Position numbers and translations under genes: made by a program
Shown: positions 1 through 8,540 of the stretch, one piece after another
Position numbering within the stretch: position 1 is the first letter of the stretch
Layout: each line of letters starts with the position of its first letter
DNA from: Bacillota bacterium
Lineage (GTDB): Bacteria; Bacillota; Clostridia; Tissierellales; MES13
Assembly: GCA_009711765.1 (NCBI GenBank)
Contig: VEND01000100.1
Location: forward strand, 1,561 to 65,560
Direction: 5' to 3'
DNA: 64,000 nucleotides
Notes under the pieces: model-generated
Databases searched by the model: none
What the model saw: only the letters and a program-made list of their open reading frames with translations
What the model was told of the DNA's origin: nothing

Positions 1-139
1 ATGATTCTCCCCTTTCTACTTGTGAAAGGAAACTTACAGATAAATTAGTTTTTTTGCTCATATCCTTTAATGTCATATTTTCATTATTTCTTAATTTTCT
101 AATTTTTTTTGATAATTCCTTTATAATTTTATTTTCCAA
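1..139 (-). CDS. XRE (Cro/C1-type) helix-turn-helix regulator, N-terminal part; gene runs off the left edge
   Basis: Not in the ORF track because it is partial. Minus-strand translation from TTG 137-139 gives LENKIIKELSKKIRKLRNNENMTLKDMSKKTNLSVSFLSQVERGES, the classic HTH_3 pattern (TL..ls..t.lS.s.lSq.ERG). AGGAG lies 8 nt upstream (148-152). Confidence 0.6.
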   Translation of the reverse strand, partial: MENKIIKELSKKIRKLRNNENMTLKDMSKKTNLSVSFLSQVERGES

Positions 140-285
140 ACAGCACGCTCCTAATTTTTAGTAATTTTATATTACTATAATATCAAAAAAAATAAATGTT
201 TTAAAGTAATTTTACTTATGTAAAATAATTATTTAAATACATTTAAACTAAAGTAGTTATTAATCAATTTACAATATAAACTTTT

Positions 286-333
286 TTTAAAAATAAAAAA
301 GCTTAATTAAGGAATTTCTCCTTAATTAAGCTT
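286..333 (-). terminator. rho-independent terminator after the 5'-nucleotidase gene
   Basis: Perfect 15-bp inverted repeat AAGCTTAATTAAGGA (299-313) / TCCTTAATTAAGCTT (319-333) with a 5-nt loop. A T-run follows on the minus strand. Confidence 0.8.
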
Positions 334-338
334 AATTT

Positions 339-2030
339 CTATTGTTGAGGAATTGATAATTCTTGACCAGGTAAAATTAAGTTAGGATTCTTTAAGTTAT
401 TAAATTTAGCTAATTTTTCCCAACTTACTTTAAATTTGTTTCCTATCTTCCATAAAACATCTCCTGGTTTAACAACATATGTTTCTAAAGCTGGTTTTTC
501 TTTAGGAGTATATAAACCAATTCTACCATCTACTTTAGCATCAGCTACTCCGTATTTTTTAATGTGTTCCATAACTATTTCATCAAGACCTGCTAATTGA
601 GTAACTGTTTCTTTTCCTTTAAACATTGAATAGTTATCTCCACCTGCTGCTAAGAAATCATTAGTAGCAAGTTTATAAGTTTTATCTAAGTTAATAGCTT
701 TACCATTAACTTTAACTTCCATAACTCTATTTCCAGCTTCTTTATTTTCATCAAATTCAAATGTCATACCAGCAATATGTGGGAATGCTCCCTTTGTTTC
801 AGGATAATCAGATATACCATGTTCTAATGCTTTTACTATATCTGAACCCTTAACTTTTATTACTTCAATAAAGTTTCCAAAAGGTAGTACTGTTATTACA
901 TCACCCTTTGTTATTTCCCCTGGTGAAATAGAAGCTCTAATTCCTCCACCATTAGTTAAAACAACATCAGCTTTAGTAGCCTTTAACATAGACTCTGTTA
1001 TTAAATTACCTAAATTAGTCTCACCTGTTCTTACATCTTGTCTTTCTCCTAATAAATTAAAGTCAGTGTTTCCTACAACAGCTGAAAGTACCTTATCATT
1101 TTCTTTTTCAATTTCTTCAACTACTGCTACTACATCTAAATCTTCTTTTATTTCACTCGCTTCATCCTTTGTAAATAGTGAAGCATTTAAATCTTTAATT
1201 TCACCATCTTCATATGAAAAATTAACAATACCTAAATTCTTATCATATTCCCCTGCTTGAACTATTAAAGTATCATTAATCTTTTTACCATTTTCTAATG
1301 TACTGTGACTATGTCCATCTACTACTATATCTATTCCATCAACTTTATTAACAACATATTCACTAGTATATGTTGAAGCTTCATCTAATCCTAAGTGGGA
1401 TAAACAAACTAAAACATCAGTTTTATCCTTAAGATCATCTACCATTTCCTGAGCCACTATAGCTGGATCTTTAAAGTTAAGCCCTTCAACATTCTTTGGA
1501 TGAGTTTTATAAGTAGTTTCAGGAGTAGAAAGTCCGAATATACCTACTTTAACTCCACCAATTTCTTTAATTGTATACTTATCTAATATAGACTCATCAT
1601 CCTTTAATACATTAGCAGCTAAAATAGGGAAATTAGCCATATTTGATAATTCTACTAATCTATCTTGACCATAGTTAAAGTCATGATTACCTGCTGCCAT
1701 AGCATCATAGCCTATAGTATTCATAATCTCAACTATACTTTCTCCTTCAACTAAAGAAGCTATTGTCTGACCATGGAAAGCATCTCCTGCATCTAGTACT
1801 AACATATTAGGGTTTGTTTTTCTAAGATCATTAATTTTTGTAGCTAACTTAGCAAAGCCCATTCCGTCATACTTACCTTCTTTAACCCTTGCGTGGGTAT
1901 CGTTTGTATGAACTATTGTTATTTGGACAGAATCATTTTCTTCAGCACTGACAAAACTAAATGGTATTATAAGTGAAAGTACTAATGTTAATACCAATAA
2001 TAAACTAAGTTTTCTTGAAATCTTTAACAT
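339..2030 (-). CDS. secreted bifunctional metallophosphatase/5'-nucleotidase (UshA/CpdB-like) with C-terminal LysM domain
   Basis: 563 aa with an N-terminal signal peptide. Calcineurin-like motifs are HTNDTH, DAGD, GNHDF and GHSH, and the C-terminal half is 5'-nucleotidase-like. The terminal LysM reads YVVKPGDVLWKIGNKF...LILPGQELSIP. Confidence 0.9.
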   Translation of the reverse strand: MLKISRKLSLLLVLTLVLSLIIPFSFVSAEENDSVQITIVHTNDTHARVKEGKYDGMGFAKLATKINDLRKTNPNMLVLDAGDAFHGQTIASLVEGESIVEIMNTIGYDAMAAGNHDFNYGQDRLVELSNMANFPILAANVLKDDESILDKYTIKEIGGVKVGIFGLSTPETTYKTHPKNVEGLNFKDPAIVAQEMVDDLKDKTDVLVCLSHLGLDEASTYTSEYVVNKVDGIDIVVDGHSHSTLENGKKINDTLIVQAGEYDKNLGIVNFSYEDGEIKDLNASLFTKDEASEIKEDLDVVAVVEEIEKENDKVLSAVVGNTDFNLLGERQDVRTGETNLGNLITESMLKATKADVVLTNGGGIRASISPGEITKGDVITVLPFGNFIEVIKVKGSDIVKALEHGISDYPETKGAFPHIAGMTFEFDENKEAGNRVMEVKVNGKAINLDKTYKLATNDFLAAGGDNYSMFKGKETVTQLAGLDEIVMEHIKKYGVADAKVDGRIGLYTPKEKPALETYVVKPGDVLWKIGNKFKVSWEKLAKFNNLKNPNLILPGQELSIPQQ

Positions 2031-2314
2031 GTATTATCCCCCTTTTTAATTTGGTTACAAATTGAAAATGACTTAATTCCATCACACCTCCTTGATAATA
2101 ATTAGAATATTTATAATATTCGCCAAACAAACTCCTATACCTTCCTATAATGTTAAATACATGTAAAATTTTCATTATTTTTTATGCATGAATTATATGT
2201 ATTATAATTATGTGTTATTTATGAATTTTTATTTAAAAGTAAATGTATTTTTTATATAAAAAAAGCAAGGCTAAACCTTACTTTTAAACTAATTTTGTTC
2301 TTTTTTAAAAGATA

Positions 2315-3049
2315 TTAATGCCACTGAAATAGTTTCCCTAAAAACCTTTTTAATTCTTCACTTTTAGGTGATGTGAATATTCTTTCACTTTCCCCATGTT
2401 CTATGATTTTACCTTCCGATATGAAAATTGTATACTCGCAAGCCTTCCTTGCAAATCCCATTTCATGGGTTACAAGAATTAAATCTTTATTTTCCTTTCT
2501 TAAACTATTAATCATATCTAATACTTCCATGGTAAGTTCAGGATCTAAAGCTGAAGTTGGCTCATCAAATAATAAAAATTCAGAATTAAGTGCTAAAGCC
2601 CTTGCTATTGCAACCCTTTGTTTTTGACCTCCGGATAATTTATCTGGGCGTTTATTACTATGTTTAGATAATTGAAATCTTTCTAATAAACTTTGGGCTT
2701 TTTTAAAAGCTTCTTTTTTATTTATTTTATGTACTTCTTCTAAAGGGAGGGTTATATTTCTAATGGCTGAGATATGTGGAAATAGATTATATGCTTGAAA
2801 AAGCATACCTATATTTTTTCTATATGTTTTTAAATACTTTTCATTAAATAAAATATTCCAATCATTTATTTTTATATTTCCTTTATCAGGTTTTTCTAGC
2901 CCTGCTAAAATTCTTAAAAGTGTAGATTTCCCCCCTCCTGATGGTCCTATTATTGCCAGGGAAGTTATATTTTTAAGATTTATATTTATATCATTTAACA
3001 CTTTATTATTTTCATAGCTTTTAGTTAAATTATCTATATTAATATTCAT
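2315..3049 (-). CDS. polar amino-acid ABC transporter ATP-binding protein (GlnQ-like)
   Basis: Walker A GPSGGGKST, signature LSGGQKQR, Walker B LLLFDEPTSALD, H-loop VTHE. I prefer the ATG at 3049 (MNINIDNL...) over the TTG at 3067 used by the ORF track. It overlaps the permease stop, which suggests translational coupling. Confidence 0.9.
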   Translation of the reverse strand: MNINIDNLTKSYENNKVLNDININLKNITSLAIIGPSGGGKSTLLRILAGLEKPDKGNIKINDWNILFNEKYLKTYRKNIGMLFQAYNLFPHISAIRNITLPLEEVHKINKKEAFKKAQSLLERFQLSKHSNKRPDKLSGGQKQRVAIARALALNSEFLLFDEPTSALDPELTMEVLDMINSLRKENKDLILVTHEMGFARKACEYTIFISEGKIIEHGESERIFTSPKSEELKRFLGKLFQWH

Positions 3050-3863
3050 AGCTAAATTTCCTTTCAAGTAGTTTAGATAAATATGATAAAGGAATAGTTA
3101 TAATCATATACAATCCTGCTAAAAGTAAATAATTTTCTATAGATGCAAAATTTAATGAATCAGCTTCCTGTATGTTTTTAGTAAGCTCATTTACTGCTAT
3201 TACAGAAAGTAATGATGAGTCTTTAACTAAGGATAAAAACTGTCCAGCTAAGGGCGGTGTTATCTTTTTAATCACTTGGGGTATTATAATATATCTATAC
3301 TTTTGATATGTATTAAAGCCAAGGGAGTCTGAGGTTTCTAACTGACTTTTAGATATCCCTTCTATTCCAGATCTTATTATCTCAGTAACATATGCCCCTG
3401 AAAATAAGGATAATATTATAATTCCCATTATATATCTATTAGTTAAGTTAAAGGCCGTACCTATAACATAGAAAAATACATATATCTGAACTAAAAAAGG
3501 TGTCCCTCTTATCATAGCAACATAAAATCTATATAAATAGTATAAAGGTAGAAATTTAGATCTAGATGCTACAGTAAAAAAACTTCCAATTATTAAGCTT
3601 GTAAATAATGAAAAAAAACTTAATAAAAAAGTCATCTTAAAACCTAATATAAACTTATGTTTATACTTAAATACTGCTCCCCATCTCATATCGTATCCAA
3701 TTTTTTCAATAGAAAAAATAAATACAAATACCAAAAGTAAAAATATTAATAACCCATTAAATAATCTCTTCTTAGTTGATATATTTTCAGAATCAGAAAT
3801 GAATAATCTTTTAAATAAACCCTCTTTATTGTTTGTTTTATTTATACTTTCCTCTATCTCCAT
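3039..3863 (-). CDS. polar amino-acid ABC transporter permease
   Basis: 274 aa with multiple hydrophobic segments. It sits between the SBP and ATPase genes and has an EAA-type loop region (SQLETSDSLGFNTYQKYRYIIIPQ). Confidence 0.85.
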   Translation of the reverse strand: MEIEESINKTNNKEGLFKRLFISDSENISTKKRLFNGLLIFLLLVFVFIFSIEKIGYDMRWGAVFKYKHKFILGFKMTFLLSFFSLFTSLIIGSFFTVASRSKFLPLYYLYRFYVAMIRGTPFLVQIYVFFYVIGTAFNLTNRYIMGIIILSLFSGAYVTEIIRSGIEGISKSQLETSDSLGFNTYQKYRYIIIPQVIKKITPPLAGQFLSLVKDSSLLSVIAVNELTKNIQEADSLNFASIENYLLLAGLYMIITIPLSYLSKLLERKFSYEY

Positions 3864-3886
3864 AATATTTTCCCTTCTTTTTATTT

Positions 3887-4696
3887 TTAAAAGAAAAATG
3901 GTATATTAAGTTTTTCGAAGGTTTCTTTTTGTTCTTTTAGATATTTATTAGCTAATTTATCAAATCCACCTTGATTTTTATATTCTTTTAAAAATTCATT
4001 TACACTTTTTCTTAATTTGTCATTTTCCTTTCTCATACCAATTCCCCAGTGTTCAAATTCCTCTTGAAATGGTTTTAATATTGCAGTTGTTTTATTTTCA
4101 TTCATTTTCCAATTTTTATATATAGTCATTTGATCATAAATAAAAGCATCTGCCTTACCTTGAGTTACTTCTAAAACACATATACCCTGTTTATCAAATA
4201 CCATAACTTCTGCATTTTTAAGATTTTCTGATGCATATATATGTCCTGTTGTACCCTTTTTAACAGCAACTTTTTTCCCCTTTTTATTTAAATCATCTAT
4301 ACTTTCTATATTAGAATCTTTATTTGCTAATACTGAAAGATAGGCCCTACAATAGGGATTAGAAAAATCTATAGATTCTAAACGTTCATCAGTTATTGTC
4401 ATTGATGATATTATTAAATCTATTTTTCCTGTTTTAAGTGATGGGATTAATCCTTGATAAGCCATATTTTCTATTCTTATATTCTTACCTAGATATTCAC
4501 CTAAAGCCTTAGCTAAATCAACACTTATTCCCGATGGATTACCATCTTTATCTGTCATTTCAAAGGGAGGGTAAGCAAGTTCCATTCCTACTACTAATGT
4601 ATCTTTATCTAAAGTTGATGCTGGTTTTTCATTAGAACATGCAGTTAATGTTACTGTAAGTATTAAAACTAAAAAAATTATAATAAATTTCTTCAT
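3887..4696 (-). CDS. amino-acid ABC transporter substrate-binding lipoprotein (SBP_bac_3 type)
   Basis: 269 aa with lipobox LTACS. Shows type-3 periplasmic binding protein patterns (VGMELAYPPFE, GKIDLIISSMTIT.ER). Confidence 0.85.
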   Translation of the reverse strand: MKKFIIIFLVLILTVTLTACSNEKPASTLDKDTLVVGMELAYPPFEMTDKDGNPSGISVDLAKALGEYLGKNIRIENMAYQGLIPSLKTGKIDLIISSMTITDERLESIDFSNPYCRAYLSVLANKDSNIESIDDLNKKGKKVAVKKGTTGHIYASENLKNAEVMVFDKQGICVLEVTQGKADAFIYDQMTIYKNWKMNENKTTAILKPFQEEFEHWGIGMRKENDKLRKSVNEFLKEYKNQGGFDKLANKYLKEQKETFEKLNIPFFF

Positions 4697-4762
4697 AATA
4701 TCCCCCTATTTTTATTCATCATATGGATATATACCCTAGAAATTATAATTAACCAGTTATTT

Positions 4763-5185
4763 CTAAAAATTTTTATACATTTTCTTTAAAACTTTTCTAA
4801 ATACTTCCCTTTCTTCTTCAGTTATATCTTTATATTGAATTTTATATAACTTTTCTGATATCTTAGTAAAACCTGTTTTCAGCTCCTTTCCTTTTTTTGT
4901 AAGATAGATTTTATTAGATCTTCTATCCTCAGGATTTTCCTTAGAATCAACTAATCTTAGCTTAAGTAATTTATTTACTAAAGTTGTCACTGTTGACCTA
5001 TCCCTATGAATTTTTTCTGCTATTTCAGTCTTAGTTAATTCTTCATAATTAAATAAAGCTGACAAAATATCACCATGGGATGGAGCTAGATTATCAATTC
5101 CTAGTTCTTTAAGTTCTTTTTTAATTAATTTGTTTGCTTCTTCTCTTATTCTTCCTATTAAATGTATTGTATTATCTAAATTCAT
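4763..5185 (-). CDS. MarR-family transcriptional regulator
   Basis: 140 aa with a winged-HTH core (LTKTEIAEKIHRDRSTVTTLVNKLLKLRLV...DRRSNKIYLTKKG). Confidence 0.85.
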   Translation of the reverse strand: MNLDNTIHLIGRIREEANKLIKKELKELGIDNLAPSHGDILSALFNYEELTKTEIAEKIHRDRSTVTTLVNKLLKLRLVDSKENPEDRRSNKIYLTKKGKELKTGFTKISEKLYKIQYKDITEEEREVFRKVLKKMYKNF

Positions 5186-5191
5186 AAGTTT

Positions 5192-5220
5192 ATTATACTT
5201 GGACGTCCAAGCATTGTCAA
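5192..5220 (-). promoter_or_regulatory. consensus sigmaA-type promoter of the marR-ABC operon; predicts a leaderless mRNA
   Basis: Minus strand reads TTGACA (5215-5220), a 17-nt spacer, TATAAT (5192-5197), AAACTT, then ATG (5185). There is no Shine-Dalgarno sequence between the -10 box and the ATG. Confidence 0.6.
5198..5211. promoter_or_regulatory. 14-bp perfect palindrome in the promoter spacer; candidate MarR operator
   Basis: CTTGGACGTCCAAG is GC-rich in an AT-rich context and lies exactly between the -35 and -10 boxes. Confidence 0.5.
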
Positions 5221-5421
5221 TAGATGTTTTACCTATCCACTTAATTTTTAATCCCTTACCTTTTATAAATTTTTAACAAAATTATAGTTTTATAAAATTA
5301 ATTATAGTATTACTATAATTTTTATGTTAATATGAAAATTAGTTGGAGTAATTAATATATTTTATTTAAAAATTTCACATATCCACTTCCAACAATTTTT
5401 ACTAACTAAGGAGGATTTATT

Positions 5422-6846
5422 ATGAAAAAAACAAAATCTATAGGTTTTTGGGATCTTGTACTTATGAATGTGGCTGCCCTTTTCGGACTTAGATGGATGG
5501 CTGTGGCAGCTGGTTATGGTGCTGGTTCTATATTTATGTGGTTACTTGCAGCGTTTTTATTTTTCGTACCAAGTGCTTTAGTAGCTGCTGAATTAGCATC
5601 TGCATATCCCCATGAAGGTGGTATGTTTGCATGGGTTAAAGAAGCATATGGCGAAAAATGGGGTTATATTGTATGTTGGTTAAACTGGACTGCTAAAATA
5701 TTTTGGTATCCTGGATATTTAACATTTATTACTGTAAGTTCTGCCTTCGTTTTAGGTAGACCTGAACTAGCAGATAATAAGTTTTTCGTTATACCAGTAG
5801 TTTTAGGGGTATTTTGGTTTATAACAACTGTTAATTTAAAGGGTATGAAAACTGGGAAATGGTTTTCAAACTTTGGAGCTTTATTAGGAAGTATAATTCC
5901 TGCAGTACTTCTTATAGGATTAGGTTTAGCTTCTGTTTTTGTATTTAAAAAACCGGTTGCTACAGAATATAATTTATCAACTTTAATACCTGATTTTGGT
6001 CAAGGGTCAAATATTGCTGCATTATCAGCTCTTATGTTTGCTATGGCAGGGGTTGAAGTTACAGCAGCCTTTGCTACAGATGTTAAGGATGCTCAAAGGG
6101 TATTTCCAAAGGCAATATTTACATCAGCTTTTATAGTTGCTGGATTATACATTCTAGGTACAGTTTGTATAACATTTATGATGACACCGGATAAGATAGG
6201 TTCAGCAAGTGGTATCATGGATACATTTAAATTAATAGCACAAACTTTAGGTATAGGTGAATGGTTTGTAAGAGTTATTGCATTTTTAATAGTAATAAGT
6301 GGTTTTGGTGCATTAAGTGTATATGTAATGAGTCCTACTAAAATGTTATTTGCCAGTGTTAAAAATGGAATTTTTCCTGACTTTTTAACAAAATCAAATA
6401 AGCATAATGTTCCACAAAATGGTCTAATAGTACAGGCTATAGGTGTTTCTATAGTAATGTTACTTATGATTTTAATGCCAAGTGTTAATGCTATTTACTC
6501 AATATTAGTTACAATGACGGCTATAACTAGTTTACTTCCATATCTATTATTATTTACTGCTTTTTTGAGTCTAAGAAAAAATAGACCTAATGATAAAAGA
6601 CCATTTAAGGCTGCAAGAAACAGTAAAGTTGCAAAATCAATAGCTATAGTCGGATTACTTTGTTGTTTCTTAGGTATGGGCCTTTCTTTAATTCCATCGG
6701 ATGAATATAAAACTTTAATGCAAAAGGTTATCTATGAAGTTGAAATTATAGGTGGTGGATTCTTTATATCATGGCTAGGATTTGTTATATGGAATAGATA
6801 TGAAAAGAAAGTTAAAAGTGGTAAAATAGATAATAAATCAGCTTAA
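5422..6846 (+). CDS. APC-family amino-acid permease/antiporter
   Basis: 474 aa with about 12 hydrophobic segments. N-terminal APC pattern is FWDLVLMNVAALFGLRW...AAELASAYPHEGGMFAWV. RBS is AAGGAGG. Confidence 0.85.
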   Translation: MKKTKSIGFWDLVLMNVAALFGLRWMAVAAGYGAGSIFMWLLAAFLFFVPSALVAAELASAYPHEGGMFAWVKEAYGEKWGYIVCWLNWTAKIFWYPGYLTFITVSSAFVLGRPELADNKFFVIPVVLGVFWFITTVNLKGMKTGKWFSNFGALLGSIIPAVLLIGLGLASVFVFKKPVATEYNLSTLIPDFGQGSNIAALSALMFAMAGVEVTAAFATDVKDAQRVFPKAIFTSAFIVAGLYILGTVCITFMMTPDKIGSASGIMDTFKLIAQTLGIGEWFVRVIAFLIVISGFGALSVYVMSPTKMLFASVKNGIFPDFLTKSNKHNVPQNGLIVQAIGVSIVMLLMILMPSVNAIYSILVTMTAITSLLPYLLLFTAFLSLRKNRPNDKRPFKAARNSKVAKSIAIVGLLCCFLGMGLSLIPSDEYKTLMQKVIYEVEIIGGGFFISWLGFVIWNRYEKKVKSGKIDNKSA

Positions 6847-6866
6847 TAAATTTAAGGAGGTTTACT

Positions 6867-7937
6867 ATGAATGAAAAAAGATTAGAAAATATTATATCAA
6901 ATATGAAAAATCATGATATAGATCAATTAATTATTACTTCTCCAGATTCAATATTTTATTTACTTAATGAATGGATACATCCAGGGGAAAGAATGCTTGC
7001 TTTATATATAAATTCAGATGGATTTACTAAACTTTTTAATAATAAATTATTTCCATTATCAGATATAGGTACTGCAGTTTGTTATTATGATGATACTGAA
7101 GACCCTATTAAAAAATTAGCTAGTGTAATTGATGAAACAAAAATAATGGGAATAGATAAAAATTGGCCATCATCATTTTTAATTAAACTACTAAATGAAA
7201 CTAACAATCTTAAAGTTGTTGATAGTTCTATAGTAGTAGATGAAACAAGAATGATTAAAGATAAAGAAGAAATTAAACTTATGAAAAAAGCATCTGAAAT
7301 AAATGACAAAGTCATGCAAAAAGCTTTAGACCTAGTTAAAAAAGGTTTAACTGAACAAGAAATTGGTAAAAAACTAGCAGATGTATATGCTGAATATAAT
7401 ACACCTAATTTTTCCTTTGACCCTTTAATATGTTTCGGTGAAAATGCAGCCGAGCCCCACCATTCATCGGATGATACTAAGCTTAATGAAAATGAGTGTA
7501 TTATAATTGATATCGGTGGAATTACAAATAACTATTCCTCTGATATGACTAGAAGTTTTTTTCATGGAACTCCTAGTAAAGAATATAAAAAAATATATAA
7601 CTTAGTATTAAAAGCTAATTTAAAGGCTATTGAAAAAGTTAAACCTGGTGTTAAGTTTTCTGATATAGATAATGCTGCAAGGGATATTATTAAAGATGGT
7701 GGTTATGGAGAGTATTTTATTCATAGAACTGGTCATAATATTGGCCTTTGTGCCCATGAATATCCAGATGTAAGCAGTGTTAATGATATGGAAGTTAAAG
7801 AAGGAATGGTATTTTCTATAGAACCTGGAATTTATATTCCTGGTAAATATGGTGTTAGAATAGAGGATTTAGTTATTGTTACTAAGGATGGTTGTGAAGT
7901 TATAAATAACTACCCAAAAGAATTAAAAACTTTTTAA
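6867..7937 (+). CDS. M24-family Xaa-Pro dipeptidase/aminopeptidase
   Basis: 356 aa with a creatinase-like N-domain and a pita-bread domain. Metal ligand motifs are DIGG..NNYSSDMTR, HRTGHNIGL.AHE, SIEPGIY and RIED. Confidence 0.9.
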   Translation: MNEKRLENIISNMKNHDIDQLIITSPDSIFYLLNEWIHPGERMLALYINSDGFTKLFNNKLFPLSDIGTAVCYYDDTEDPIKKLASVIDETKIMGIDKNWPSSFLIKLLNETNNLKVVDSSIVVDETRMIKDKEEIKLMKKASEINDKVMQKALDLVKKGLTEQEIGKKLADVYAEYNTPNFSFDPLICFGENAAEPHHSSDDTKLNENECIIIDIGGITNNYSSDMTRSFFHGTPSKEYKKIYNLVLKANLKAIEKVKPGVKFSDIDNAARDIIKDGGYGEYFIHRTGHNIGLCAHEYPDVSSVNDMEVKEGMVFSIEPGIYIPGKYGVRIEDLVIVTKDGCEVINNYPKELKTF

Positions 7938-7963
7938 CAAGGGGATATACCCCTTGTTTTTTT
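7938..7963 (+). terminator. rho-independent terminator
   Basis: CAAGGGG-ATATA-CCCCTTG hairpin followed by T7, immediately after the stop codon. Confidence 0.85.
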
Positions 7964-7984
7964 GATGAAAAAATATATTATACT

Positions 7985-8449
7985 TTATTTCCTTTTACTT
8001 AGTTTTTTTAACTTTTTCATTAAACCACTTCCTAAAATATCATCTGATACTTTTAAAATACTTTTAATAGTAGGTAATAATTTTTTATCTCCAATCCAAT
8101 ACTTTTCAATAATTTCATTAGAAGTTTTATTTATTACTCTATTAAGTACAAAGGCTGCTAATGCTAAATCATCTATAAACCCTGGTGGACCTATAAAGGC
8201 TTCAGGAAAAAAATCTACAACTAAAATGAAATATGCAATAGTTGATAAAAGCATAGCTTTATATGTTTTAGGTATTTCTTTATCCATAATTAATCTACAA
8301 AGTAGATAAAACATATCTGGAACTATAAGTAAGTATTCTCCATACTCATATTTTTTTCCCTTTTTCGACTTTAAAAATTTATCAATATCTTTTCTTAAAG
8401 CTTTATAAAAGTCATTATAGTCTCTATTTTCAAGCTCTTTATATTCCAT
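7985..8449 (-). CDS. DUF1232 (YkvA-like) membrane protein
   Basis: 154 aa. The motif FFPEAFIGPPGFIDDLALAAFVLN matches the DUF1232 pattern (P..iP..G..DD). Preferred over the overlapping plus-strand ORF 7962-8309. Confidence 0.65.
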   Translation of the reverse strand: MEYKELENRDYNDFYKALRKDIDKFLKSKKGKKYEYGEYLLIVPDMFYLLCRLIMDKEIPKTYKAMLLSTIAYFILVVDFFPEAFIGPPGFIDDLALAAFVLNRVINKTSNEIIEKYWIGDKKLLPTIKSILKVSDDILGSGLMKKLKKLSKRK

Positions 8450-8540
8450 AAAAACACCTCTTTTAATAGTTACTATTATTATAACTTATTAATTATGTTA
8501 TAATACTACCTTTGAAAAAACTTCCCTTTTACTGTTTTCC

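Noticed and set aside
7962-8309. 115-aa plus-strand ORF overlapping 7985-8449
   Set aside because: The minus-strand product has the DUF1232 motif (PPGFIDDLALAA). The plus ORF also begins inside the T-run of the upstream terminator.
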